Source of the DNA: Thermoanaerobaculia bacterium
GTDB lineage: Bacteria > Acidobacteriota > Thermoanaerobaculia > Multivoradales > JAHEKO01
DNA: 64,000 nt
Reading direction: 5' to 3'
NCBI GenBank assembly: GCA_945787575.1
Contig: CALZKB010000003.1
Coordinates: forward strand, 19,207 to 83,206
Positions within the stretch are counted from its first letter, which is position 1. Every line of letters starts with the position of its first letter. Below, piece by piece: positions 7,951-17,233 of this stretch. Position numbers and translations under genes: made by a program. Under the pieces are notes generated by a model, which saw nothing but the letters and a program-made list of their open reading frames with translations, was not told where the DNA came from and searched no databases.

Positions 7951-10101
7951 TTACGGCACGGTGTTGGACCAGGCCGAGGTGTCGCCGGACTCGAAGCCGT
8001 CGGTGAAGATGGTGAAGCCGGGGAGGCGCCACACCTCGCCGCCGGTGGGGTTATTTCCTGTCCCCGCATAGAGATTGGTGTGGTAGACGGCCAGCGTGGA
8101 AACGTCTTCGTTGATGCCGTCGCCGAAGCCGTCCAGGTTGGCCTGAATCCACCGTGCGCCGTCGTACCGCCAAATCTCTCCACCGCTATCGGCATTGAAG
8201 GTTCCCGCATAGAGGTGGCCGTCGTGTGTGATCAACCAGAACGCGTCGTAATTACTGCCATCGCCGAAACCATCGGCGTTGACCTGGGTCCAGGTTGCGC
8301 CGTCGAATACCCACACTTCGGCTCCCGTCACCTCGTTGGTCGTTCCAGCGTAGAGAGAGCCGCCAAAGACCTCGAGGGACCCGATCTCCTCATTGTTGGC
8401 GTCACCGAAACCACTACTGCCGATCTGGCTCCAGGTGCTCCCGTCGTATCGCCACACCTCGGCTCCCGTTGCCGAGTTATGTGTCGGAGCATAGAGCTGG
8501 CCGTCGTACACGGCGAGGTCGAACGCATCGCGATTGTCGACATTGCCGAAGCCGTCCGTGTTGACCTGGCTCCAGATTGCGCCGTCAAGGCGCCAGATCT
8601 CAGCGCCGGTGATCTCGTTGCCGGTGCTCACGTAGAGGAAGCCGGCATACACGTCCATCCCGTAGGCGAAGTAGTTGTTGGCATCACCGAATCCATCACT
8701 GTTGACCTGGGTCCAGTTCATGCCGTCATAGCTCCACAGTTCGGCCCCCGTGACTTCGTTGTAGGTGCCAGCGAAGAGAAGACCGTCGTAGACGGCTCGA
8801 GGAAAGGCGCCGAGGTTGTCCGCATCGCCTAGGCCGTCGCTGCCGGCCTGCGTCCAGGTCGCGCCATCGTAGCTCCAGACCTCGGCCCCGGTGAACTCGT
8901 TCCAGGTACCCGCGAAGAGGCGCCCGTCGTAGGAGCTATCAGGGGAAACGGTTTCGTTCTGTGCGTTGCCGAATCCGCCGCTGCCGACCTGAGTCCATTC
9001 GAACCCCAGGAGACACCACACTTCGCCGCCGGTCGCGTTGTTCCGAGTTCCCATGAGAGGGCGGTCGCCGAAGGTGGCTGAAGTCCAGATCTGTATGTTG
9101 TTGACATCGCCGAAGCCGTCGATGTTGGCTTGGGTCCAAGACGAGCCGTCGAAGCGCCAGACCCCTACCGCGGTCACCGCGTTGTTCGCTCCCACATAGA
9201 GATAGCCGCCCCAGGCGTTCAACCCCTCGGCATCGGTGTTGTTGCTGTCGCCGAAGCCGTCGCTGTTGACCTGAGTCCAGTTCGAGCCGTCGAACGCCCA
9301 GACCTCCGCGCCGGTCACTGTGTTGCCCGTCGACGCGTAGAGGGAACCGCCATAGACGGCGAGCGACCACGCCTTGGTGTTGTTCACATCGCCAAAGCCG
9401 GAGGTGTTGACTTGGGCCCAGTTGGCGCCGTCGTAGCTCCACACCTCGGCGCCGGTGACATCATTGCGGACCGCCGCATAGAGCGAGTCGCCGAAGACGA
9501 CGAGCGCGGTCACCTCGCGGTTGTTGACGTCGCCGAAGCCGTCGGCGTTGGCTTGATCCCAGTTCACGCCGTCGTAGCTCCACACCTCGACCCCGGTAAC
9601 GCCGTTGCTGACACCGGCAAAGAGCTCGCCGTCGTAGACCGCTTCGGGCATGGCGGTGGTGTTGTTCGCATCACCGAAGCCGTCGCTGTTGACCTGAGTC
9701 CAATCCGCCCCGTCGAAGCTCCACACCTCGGCCCCGGTGGTGCCATTGGTCGTGCCCACTAACAGCAGACCGTCATAGACGGTGCCGGGCCAGGTCACGA
9801 TGTTCCCCGTGTCCCCGAAGCCACCGCTGGCGACTTGGGTCCAGGTCTGGCCGTCAAAGCTCCACACCTGCGCTCCGGCAGCCCCATTGAAGGTCCCCGC
9901 ATAGAGCAGATCGCCATAGACGGCGCCCAGGACGGCGGTCCTGTTGTTCCCATCCCCGAAGCCACCGCCGCTCAACTGCAGCCAGTCTTCGGGATCGGCC
10001 GCAGGCCGGTGGGCGAGCTCCACCGGGCTCGCGGGCAGCGCCACGGCGAGGGTGAATCCAACTACAGCAAGGATGGAACGAACTCTCGGTTTGAGTCTCA
10101 T
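7951..10101 (-). CDS. Secreted beta-propeller repeat protein (14 x 47 aa) with GFESGDTSAW C-terminal tail
   Basis: AAGGAGGAGG RBS and ATG at 10101; signal peptide MRLKPRVRSILAVVGFTLAVALPA; repeat WTQVNxDGFGDxNN...YAGTxNxxTGAEVWSYDG. Confidence 0.88.
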   Translation of the reverse strand: MRLKPRVRSILAVVGFTLAVALPASPVELAHRPAADPEDWLQLSGGGFGDGNNRTAVLGAVYGDLLYAGTFNGAAGAQVWSFDGQTWTQVASGGFGDTGNIVTWPGTVYDGLLLVGTTNGTTGAEVWSFDGADWTQVNSDGFGDANNTTAMPEAVYDGELFAGVSNGVTGVEVWSYDGVNWDQANADGFGDVNNREVTALVVFGDSLYAAVRNDVTGAEVWSYDGANWAQVNTSGFGDVNNTKAWSLAVYGGSLYASTGNTVTGAEVWAFDGSNWTQVNSDGFGDSNNTDAEGLNAWGGYLYVGANNAVTAVGVWRFDGSSWTQANIDGFGDVNNIQIWTSATFGDRPLMGTRNNATGGEVWCLLGFEWTQVGSGGFGNAQNETVSPDSSYDGRLFAGTWNEFTGAEVWSYDGATWTQAGSDGLGDADNLGAFPRAVYDGLLFAGTYNEVTGAELWSYDGMNWTQVNSDGFGDANNYFAYGMDVYAGFLYVSTGNEITGAEIWRLDGAIWSQVNTDGFGNVDNRDAFDLAVYDGQLYAPTHNSATGAEVWRYDGSTWSQIGSSGFGDANNEEIGSLEVFGGSLYAGTTNEVTGAEVWVFDGATWTQVNADGFGDGSNYDAFWLITHDGHLYAGTFNADSGGEIWRYDGARWIQANLDGFGDGINEDVSTLAVYHTNLYAGTGNNPTGGEVWRLPGFTIFTDGFESGDTSAWSNTVP

Positions 10102-10142
10102 GGCACAGATCCTCCTCCTTGTCGGTTGCGGAAGGTGGGTAC

Positions 10143-10252
10143 CTTCGGCAGCCCGGCTGTCGTGGGATCTGCGGGGCGGCGTCCGCCGCCGCAAGAAGCG
10201 AGGACCCGTGGCTTTGCGGCACCGGCTTTTGCCGGTTGTGCCTTTATCGAAG
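10143..10252 (-). ncRNA. c-di-GMP-I (GEMM) riboswitch aptamer
   Basis: Minus strand: CUUCG-AUAAAGGCACAA-CCGGC-AAAA-GCCGG-UGCCGCAAAGCCACGGGUCCU...ACGACAGCCGGGCUGC-CGAAG. P1 is CUUCG/CGAAG; GCAAAGCC core; lies in the 5' UTR of the propeller gene. Confidence 0.82.
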
Positions 10253-10342
10253 CGTCCTCTAAGTGGACAGCCTCGGAACGATTCGACCAGACCCGACAGG
10301 GTGGGCCGAACCACCACCCCTTTGGATGGGTTGAACGGGTGC

Positions 10343-10525
10343 CTAGTCGCCGCTCGCCAGCGACTCGCGCTTGTCGATCGCCGCTTGGGCCGCGGTGCCG
10401 ACGGCGCAGGCGGAGCACGGCGGCTGGTTGCGGTCTCGCCGGGGCACGAGCTGGCGGACGAGCGCCCAGAGTCCCCACGCCGCAGCGACGGTGACGAGCC
10501 AGAACTGCCAGTCGCGCCAAGGCAT
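10343..10525 (-). CDS. FeoB-associated Cys-rich small membrane protein
   Basis: TGATG overlap with the feoB stop; one TM (DWQFWLVTVAAAWGLWALV) then CSAC. Confidence 0.75.
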   Translation of the reverse strand: MPWRDWQFWLVTVAAAWGLWALVRQLVPRRDRNQPPCSACAVGTAAQAAIDKRESLASGD

Positions 10526-12558
10526 CAAGCGACTCCCACGAGGTGCAGCCCCTGATAGGTGGCGAAGGCGAAGATCCACGCGAGACCGCTCATCCACAAG
10601 AACTGGAGCACCGCCCAACGCCAGGCGCCGGTCTCGCGGCGAGTGACGACCAAGGTCGGCAGGCACTGCATGGCGAGGACGAAGAAGACCAACAAGCTGG
10701 CCGCGGTCGCCGTCGTGAACAGCGCCGTTCCGTCGTCGCGCCGCGCGTCACGAACCCGCGAGAAGACGCCCTCGTCCGCCGGGTCGTCGACCTCCTCGCC
10801 GGTGATCAGAACGGCCAGGGTCGACACGAAGACCTCGCGCGCGAGAAAGCTGGTGAGCACCCCGACCGTCAACTGCCAGTCGTAACCCAGAGGCGCGTAG
10901 ATCGGCTGGATGAGCCGGCCCAGACGGCCGGCGAAGCTCGCCGCCTGCCGATGCGGCGCCTCGAGGCTCGCCGCCTCGGCGGTCAGCTCGAGCGCCCGGT
11001 CGGGATCGCTGGCTTCGATCGCCACCGCTTCGGCGCGCAGCGCCTCCGCTTCCGGAGGCGCCTCGACCTTGGGATAAGCCGACAGCCACCACATCACGAT
11101 GCAGATGGCGAGAATGACGGTGCCCGCCTTCTGCAGGAATGTCTTGCCCTGCTGGTAGGCGGTGAGCACGGCGGTCCGCAACGCCGGCAGCTTGTACGAC
11201 GGCAGCTCCAGAACCATCGGTCGCGAGTGACCCTTGAGCAGCGTGCGGCGGGCCACGAGAGCACTCGTCATCGCCGCCAGCGCCCCCAGCAGGTAACAGC
11301 CGGTAAACGCCAGACCCGCCATCAGCGGCCGGTCGCGGAAGAGCAGACTGGTGAGCAAGATGTAGACCGGCAGACGGGCCGAACAGCTCATGAAGGGTGC
11401 GACCAGGATCGTGGCCAGGCGGTCGCGGCGATCGGGAATCAGGCTGGTAGAGAGGATTCCCGGTATCGCGCAGGCGTGGCTCGACAGCAGGGGGACGAAG
11501 GCGTGACCCGGCAGCCCGAAGCGGCACAGGAGCCGGTCGGTGACGAACGCCGCGCGCGCCAGATAGCCGGTGTCTTCGAGCAGGCTGATGAGGAAGAACA
11601 GCAGGCAGATCTGCGGCAGGAAGACCACGGTCCCGGCGATGCCGGCGATGATCCCGTTGGAGAGCAGGTCGCGCACCGCGCCGGCCGGCAGGGTCGCTCG
11701 CACCCAATCGCCCATCACGTCGAAAGTCAGGTCGATCAGATCCATCGGAATCGTCGCGAGGGCGAAGACCGTCCAGAACAGTCCCGCCATCACCACCGCG
11801 AAGAGCAGGACACCGAGGACCGAGTGGGTGAATGCCTGGTCGAGCCGCTCGGTGAGCGTGTCGCCGCCGCTGCCGACGGCACCCTCGCCGCCGACACTCT
11901 CCTCCACGACGCGGTCGGCCCAATCGAGCAGCGCGTCGCCGTCGGCGAGGTCCGGCACCGGCAGCTCGGGGGTAACCGGCGGCGTACCCAACGCCGAGGC
12001 GAGGGTGAGCCGCAGCTCCTCCACTCCCCGGCCGCTGCGGGCGACCACCGGCACTACCGGACAGCCGAGGAGCTGCCCGATGCGGACGGGGTCGAGCGTC
12101 AGTCCGCGCCGTTGCGCGAGGTCGACCATGTTGAGGGCGACGATGGTCGGCACCCCGATGCCGAGCAGTTCGCCGACCAAGCACAGGCTGCGGGAGAGGT
12201 TGGTGGCATCGGCGACCACGATCGCGGCATCCGGCTGACGGTAGACCCCCTCGCCTTCGAGGACGGCGCGGCAGATCCGCGCCTCCGGCAGCTCGAGGAA
12301 GAGGCGGTAGGTTCCGGGCAGGTCGACGATCTCGGCCGCCTCGCCAGACTCGTCGGCCAGCTGGAAGCGGCCAACTCGCGCGTCGGTCGTGGTCCCGGGA
12401 AAATTGGCGGTCTTCGCACGCAGACCGCAAAGCCGGTTGAAGAGCGTCGTCTTGCCGGTGTTCGGCGCGCCGAGGAGGGCGACCCGAATGCGACGCGCGC
12501 TCGAGGCGGCGACGACCGCCTTCTCCTCCTCTGCCCGCCAAGGGGCAGCCGTGCTCAT
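10525..12558 (-). CDS. feoB: Ferrous iron transporter B
   Basis: GAPNTGKT, ANFPGTT, DLPG, NMVD G motifs; LEDTGYLARAA, PFMSCSARLP, AREVFVST. ATG at 12558 overlaps the feoA stop. Confidence 0.95.
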   Translation of the reverse strand: MSTAAPWRAEEEKAVVAASSARRIRVALLGAPNTGKTTLFNRLCGLRAKTANFPGTTTDARVGRFQLADESGEAAEIVDLPGTYRLFLELPEARICRAVLEGEGVYRQPDAAIVVADATNLSRSLCLVGELLGIGVPTIVALNMVDLAQRRGLTLDPVRIGQLLGCPVVPVVARSGRGVEELRLTLASALGTPPVTPELPVPDLADGDALLDWADRVVEESVGGEGAVGSGGDTLTERLDQAFTHSVLGVLLFAVVMAGLFWTVFALATIPMDLIDLTFDVMGDWVRATLPAGAVRDLLSNGIIAGIAGTVVFLPQICLLFFLISLLEDTGYLARAAFVTDRLLCRFGLPGHAFVPLLSSHACAIPGILSTSLIPDRRDRLATILVAPFMSCSARLPVYILLTSLLFRDRPLMAGLAFTGCYLLGALAAMTSALVARRTLLKGHSRPMVLELPSYKLPALRTAVLTAYQQGKTFLQKAGTVILAICIVMWWLSAYPKVEAPPEAEALRAEAVAIEASDPDRALELTAEAASLEAPHRQAASFAGRLGRLIQPIYAPLGYDWQLTVGVLTSFLAREVFVSTLAVLITGEEVDDPADEGVFSRVRDARRDDGTALFTTATAASLLVFFVLAMQCLPTLVVTRRETGAWRWAVLQFLWMSGLAWIFAFATYQGLHLVGVA

Positions 12559-12860
12559 CCTCCGACCGGGAGCTCCGACGAGGAGTCGTCGACGGGCTCG
12601 ACCATGAGACGCTCGGCGATCGCCTCGGAGAGGCCGACGCGCATGCCGCGCACCTCGACGATGCACAGCGACCCGGTCTTGCAGACGAAGAGGCGCCGGT
12701 CAGGGGTCAGCCCAAGAGCGGTGAGTAGATCCCGATCGGAGTCGCGAAGATCACTCGCGCGCAGTCGCGCGGTGGTCCCTTCGGGCACTAAGGTGAGGGG
12801 AAGCCAAGCGTCCGGCCGAGGGGAGGGGAATCGCCTGCTAGCGGGCTGAGAGGAGATCAT
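12555..12860 (-). CDS. feoA: Ferrous iron transport protein A
   Basis: LLTALGLTP...IVEVRGMRVGLSEAIAERLMV; directly upstream of feoB. Confidence 0.88.
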   Translation of the reverse strand: MISSQPASRRFPSPRPDAWLPLTLVPEGTTARLRASDLRDSDRDLLTALGLTPDRRLFVCKTGSLCIVEVRGMRVGLSEAIAERLMVEPVDDSSSELPVGG

Positions 12861-12870
12861 TGGCTTCCTT

Positions 12871-12889
12871 AATGAGACTTTATCTCAAT
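12871..12889. promoter_or_regulatory. Fur-box-like operator upstream of feoA
   Basis: AATGAGACTTTATCTCAAT, an imperfect 9-1-9 palindrome resembling AATGAGAATnATTCTCATT; AT-rich island 10 nt before the feoA ATG. Confidence 0.7.
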
Positions 12890-13163
12890 AGTCTCCAGTC
12901 TAGGATAGCACGTGCGACGCAACCGCAAACCACCCTTTCCGGTAGTAGAGGGCTCGCCCGCTTGGCCAGCGGCCGAGTCAAGCACGTCGCTGCCTGGGCG
13001 GCGTTCATGGCGAATCCCGAGGCGAGCAAGTTCGCAGGCGGGGTCCAGAGTCGGGGCGGTTGACATCTACGGCCAATCGAGAGCGGACTGGGCTCGCCGC
13101 CCGGTCCTTCTGCGATACTCCGCGGATGCCGTGCCTCTCTCTTGGGCCGAGACCGAGCGCGGG

Positions 13164-14750
13164 ATGACTTCCGCGTCGTCCTACTCGGCAGCCGGCCGGG
13201 CACTGTCGCGGCTCGTGCCCCCGTTGCGGTTGGAACCTTCGCCGACCGACGAGATGGCTCTGCTCAGCCTCGGCCGGGTCCGAGCGGAGAATCGCTTCCT
13301 GTTCCACGCTGCGCTCTGGGCGGGGCTGTTCGGCTACCTGCTGTTTATCAACCTGCTGACCGACCCGCTGCCGCTGTGGAGCCTACGCCCGCTATCGATC
13401 TGGGGCTCGATCGTCCTGTTCGACGGCTTTCTCGTCTTCGTGCCCGGCCGCCGGAAGTACGAGGCGAGGCACCGGCGCCTGCGGCAGGCCTTGCAGGAGG
13501 CCACCCGAGCGCGGGGTGACGAAGCGGTCGGCGAGCTGGACGTCCTTCGCGGCGAGCTGATCAGCTCGGTCGAGGAGGCGGAGGCGGCGCTGCGGCAGTC
13601 CGACCCCGAAACCGCCGCGGACGTCGCTCGCGGCCGCTCGCACGCGTTGACGGTGATCGCCTGGCTCGACGAGGCCGAGCGCCTGCTGGCCCGAGGCCGC
13701 GACGATCGCGAGCTCCGCCAGGAGGTCGTCGTCGCACTCTCGAGACCGACCGGGACGAGCGAGCGCGACGCCCTTCGGGCGTTGCTCGGCCAGCTCGATG
13801 TGCAGGACCTCAACCTGGCCGCTCTCGAAAGGGAAGTGACCCGCCGCAGATCCCTGCTCGAGTCGTTCTTCCTGGCGATCGAGAGCGCCAGCCTCGCGGA
13901 GGGGAGCGAGCACATACTGGCCGCCGTCGGCGACCCGATTCGCGAACGGGTGACGCTGCTGGCGGAGGTCGCCGCCGCCCGTGACAGCGAAGCGGCGCCG
14001 CTGGCCACCGGGATCCCGGCGGCGCGGATCCGCCGCGAAGTCGATCTCGCCCGCGACCTCCAGCAGTCGATCCTCCCACGTCGAGCCCCGCAACTTGCCG
14101 GACTCACCGTCGCTCATCGCTACCGCCCGTCGAGCGAGGTCGGCGGCGATTTCTACGACTTCTACGCTACCGGCGAGAACCGGCTGCTGGTGGCGGTGGG
14201 CGACGCCAGCGGTCACGGCCTCGACAGCTCGATGGTCAGCAGCATGGCCAAGAGCGCCCTCTACACCCAGGTCTCCGCGGGCCGACCCCTCGGCGAGGCG
14301 ATGGCGGAGCTCAACCGGCTGATGTGCGACACCCTCGGCCGGCGTCGTTTGATGACCCTCCTGCTGATGGAGGTCGACTCGGCCCGCCAGACCGCCTCGT
14401 GGGTGAGCGCCGGCCAGGTCTGGCCGCTGCTGCGGCGCGCGGGAGAAGTCGAGGAGCTCGAGCAGGCCGGCTATCCCCTCGGGGTCCGACGGGAGACCCG
14501 GTACCAGGTCCGCGAAACGCGCTTCGAGCCGGGCGACCTGCTCCTGCTGCTGACCGACGGCTACCCGGAGGCGGCTGATCGGGACGATGAGCCGTACGGC
14601 TGGCAGCAGCTCGCCGAGCGCCTCGTCACGCTGGGCGACTCCGATCCGAAGAGCGTCATCCGGACGCTCGAGGAAGACCTCTCCCGGCACCTGGCGGGTT
14701 CGGCGCCCCAAGATGACGTCACCCTAGTGGCGATCCGCTTCGAACGATGA
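13164..14750 (+). CDS. 2TM-domain, coiled-coil, SpoIIE/PP2C phosphatase
   Basis: ARDLQQSILP, VGGDFYD, GDASGHG, TDG, DDVT motifs; N-terminal FLFHAALW...INLLT...PLSIWG. Start uncertain (ORF open from 12912). Confidence 0.82.
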   Translation: MTSASSYSAAGRALSRLVPPLRLEPSPTDEMALLSLGRVRAENRFLFHAALWAGLFGYLLFINLLTDPLPLWSLRPLSIWGSIVLFDGFLVFVPGRRKYEARHRRLRQALQEATRARGDEAVGELDVLRGELISSVEEAEAALRQSDPETAADVARGRSHALTVIAWLDEAERLLARGRDDRELRQEVVVALSRPTGTSERDALRALLGQLDVQDLNLAALEREVTRRRSLLESFFLAIESASLAEGSEHILAAVGDPIRERVTLLAEVAAARDSEAAPLATGIPAARIRREVDLARDLQQSILPRRAPQLAGLTVAHRYRPSSEVGGDFYDFYATGENRLLVAVGDASGHGLDSSMVSSMAKSALYTQVSAGRPLGEAMAELNRLMCDTLGRRRLMTLLLMEVDSARQTASWVSAGQVWPLLRRAGEVEELEQAGYPLGVRRETRYQVRETRFEPGDLLLLLTDGYPEAADRDDEPYGWQQLAERLVTLGDSDPKSVIRTLEEDLSRHLAGSAPQDDVTLVAIRFER

Positions 14751-15466
14751 GCCGCGACCGTGACATCCGACCCTCGCTCCGCCGCCCGGTGGCGAGCCTG
14801 GAGGAGCTCGAAGCGGTCGGGCGTCGGGTTACAAGAGCTCGGGCCGCGAGCGAGCGCCGGGTGAGGTTCCTCGCGGTGACCGGCCTACTGCTCGCGGTCA
14901 TCAACCTCGGCACGAGCGCTTCGGCGTCAGAGCTGCCGCCCGGCGAGCGCTGGTGGTCTCTCTTCCCGATCGCCTCTTTCGCCCTCCTGGGCGCCCTCGG
15001 GACGTTTCGCTCTCGGATCCTGTTGGGGAGGATCCTGGAGGCCGATCGGCGCCTCCTCTTCCACCGCGGCCTGCTCGGACGGGAGCCGGAGATCGCCGCC
15101 CTCGAGCGCAGCCTCGGCGAGCGGCTGGCCGAGCTCGGAGCCGCGGCATCGCCGGCGAGGGAGGCGTTGGAGGCGGCGAGCGCCGAGGCTGGACGGCTGC
15201 TGCAGGTCCTTCGGGGAGACGCCTCGGACGTTGAAGCGGCAGTAGGGCAGGCACCGCCGACGCGCGTGCTCGCCGCGGTCGACGCCTACCGGATCGCGCT
15301 GTCCAATCTCGACACCAACCGTTTGCTGCAGCCCGACTTCAACCACCCCCCGGAACTGGCGCAGGCGCTCGTCGCCGCTCGCGATCTGCTCATCCGCTCG
15401 CCGGAAGGCGGCGTCGAGCCGAGCTCCCGCCGACCTCGAAACGAGTATCCGGCTCTTCCGCGGTGA
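14747..15466 (+). CDS. 2TM-domain membrane protein
   Basis: ATGA overlap with the PP2C gene; LLLAVINLGT...WWSLFPIASFALL followed by a helical tail. Confidence 0.62.
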   Translation: MSRDRDIRPSLRRPVASLEELEAVGRRVTRARAASERRVRFLAVTGLLLAVINLGTSASASELPPGERWWSLFPIASFALLGALGTFRSRILLGRILEADRRLLFHRGLLGREPEIAALERSLGERLAELGAAASPAREALEAASAEAGRLLQVLRGDASDVEAAVGQAPPTRVLAAVDAYRIALSNLDTNRLLQPDFNHPPELAQALVAARDLLIRSPEGGVEPSSRRPRNEYPALPR

Positions 15467-15616
15467 AGGTGCTCGAGGAGACGCTCGAGCTCGGCCCGAC
15501 TTCGCCCCCGCCCAATTCTGGCTCGGTCTGAGCGTCGAGCGGCAGCAACGCTACGACGAAACGCGGGCCGCCTTCGAGCGCCAGTTCTGCTCGGCTCCCG
15601 CTGTACGATCGACGGC

Positions 15617-16942
15617 ATGGCGTCAACGCTGCTGGGCCAGATGTGGAACTCGGTCGCCGACCGCGGGCGCGAGATCCTCGCGCGGCGGCGCGACGCTCGC
15701 GAGGTGCGGTCGATCGGCAATCTGTGCCGAGATCTCGTGTCCGAGAGGGGCGAAGCCTCCGGAGTCGCCTTGGCGCGGGACCTCATCGAGCATTATGAAG
15801 CGATGGACGAGGACCAGCGGCTGGCGTTCTTCAAGCTGCTCGAGACCGAGCTTTCGCCTGACTTCGAGCCCATCGCCCGCGCGGCCGCCACCTTCCTCGA
15901 GAGTCCCGGCCCCGCTGCCCTGCTCGATTTGAGCCGGACCGTCGAATCGCCGCGTCAGGAGCTGATTCGACGGGTCAATCTGGCCCCGCACGGCACCGCG
16001 GCAATCGTCGCGATGCGGAAGGAACTGTTGGGCCTCCTCCCGGACCATCCCGAGCTGGCGAGCGTCGACGTCGACTTCGAGCACGTGCTGCACTCCTGGT
16101 TCAATCGGGGCTTCCTCGAGCTGCGGCGGATCGACTGGAACACCCCGGCCGCGATCCTCGAGAAGCTGATCGAGCACGAGGCGGTCCACGCGATCCGAGG
16201 CTGGCCGGACATGCGCCGCCGCCTCGAAGAGGATCGACGCTGCTTCGCCTTCTTCCACCCCGCCCTGCCCGACGAGCCGCTGATCTTCGTCGAGGTCGCG
16301 CTGCTCGACGGCCTGGCCGACTCGATCGAGGCCCTCCTCTCCCTCGAGCACGCGGCGGGCGACGCGAGTCGAGCCAGCACCGCGATCTTCTACTCGATCA
16401 ACAACTGCCAGGACGGGCTGCGCGGGATCTCCTTCGGGAGCTTCCTCATCAAGCAGGTGGTCTTCGATCTGCTCCGGGAGCAGCCCCGACTCAGAACCTT
16501 CGCCACGCTGTCGCCGATACCCGGATTCCGTGCTTGGCTCGACGACGGCACCGTGGAGGCCGACGAGAGTGGCCTCGACGCTGAGGAGCTCGAGCGGCTG
16601 CAGGCGCTCGAGATCCCCGGCTGGCATCGGGACGCCGAGCTGACCGGTTCTCTCGAGGAGCCGTTGCTTCGCCTGTGCGCGCACTATCTGCTCAAAGCCA
16701 AGAGGGATCGAGAGCCTCGCGATCCGGTAGCGCGTTTTCACCTCGGCAACGGAGCGCGGGTGGAACGGATCAACTGGTTGGCCGATGTCTCGGAGAAGGG
16801 GATCAGGCAGTCGGCGGGGATGATGGTGAACTACGCCTATCGGACGGCCCAGATCGAGAAGAACCACGAGGCGTACGTAGCCCACGGCAGGGTCGCCGCG
16901 TCGGCCGTCGCGACGGCCCTGTTGCGCAAGAAGAAGCCCTGA
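15617..16942 (+). CDS. Malonyl-CoA decarboxylase
   Basis: SWFNRGFL, EAVHAI, RRCFAFFHP, AIFYSINNCQ, FATLSPIPGF, DPVARFHLGNGA, GMMVNY. Confidence 0.93.
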   Translation: MASTLLGQMWNSVADRGREILARRRDAREVRSIGNLCRDLVSERGEASGVALARDLIEHYEAMDEDQRLAFFKLLETELSPDFEPIARAAATFLESPGPAALLDLSRTVESPRQELIRRVNLAPHGTAAIVAMRKELLGLLPDHPELASVDVDFEHVLHSWFNRGFLELRRIDWNTPAAILEKLIEHEAVHAIRGWPDMRRRLEEDRRCFAFFHPALPDEPLIFVEVALLDGLADSIEALLSLEHAAGDASRASTAIFYSINNCQDGLRGISFGSFLIKQVVFDLLREQPRLRTFATLSPIPGFRAWLDDGTVEADESGLDAEELERLQALEIPGWHRDAELTGSLEEPLLRLCAHYLLKAKRDREPRDPVARFHLGNGARVERINWLADVSEKGIRQSAGMMVNYAYRTAQIEKNHEAYVAHGRVAASAVATALLRKKKP

Positions 16943-16961
16943 CCGGCCGAGCCTTCGACCG

Positions 16962-17141
16962 CTACTCCTTCAGGTCGGTGAGAATCTCGACGTAGCGATC
17001 GATGGAATGGTCCTTGCGGCCGTCCGGCCCCGGATTCGAGCAGTCGTCGATGCGTCCCTCGACCTGTCCCTCCACTCGCGCCAGGAAGCTCTTCCAGGGT
17101 CTGCTACCGGTCTCGAGGTGGGGCTCGGTGCCGCGGAGGGC
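16962..17141 (-). pseudogene. Orphan 3' gene fragment
   Basis: Short frame bounded by an upstream TAA, with no start at its 5' end and GC3-rich codons; ends ...KDHSIDRYVEILTDLKE*. Confidence 0.35.
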
Positions 17142-17157
17142 TTAGCTACTCTAGGAC

Positions 17158-17185
17158 TTGACTAGTATTAAGTTAGTGGTACACT
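17158..17185 (+). promoter_or_regulatory. Sigma70-type promoter of the PadR operon
   Basis: TTGACT-16 nt-TACACT with an extended -10 TG, in an AT-rich patch. Confidence 0.6.
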
Positions 17186-17233
17186 TAGTTTCGTGATGGG
17201 CCGAGCTACACAATACGTCTCGCCCCCAGGAGA

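Noticed and set aside
8010-9990. 141-bp periodicity as a CRISPR array or DGR template
   Set aside because: These are degenerate coding repeats inside one ORF; there are no identical repeats with spacers, and no cas or reverse transcriptase gene.
10543-12849. Long antisense or alternative-frame ORFs (also 25523-27103, 28947-30671, 54747-56381, 4362-5774)
   Set aside because: Shadow ORFs of high-GC genes; Arg/Pro/Ala-rich, no motifs, and they overlap well-supported CDSs.
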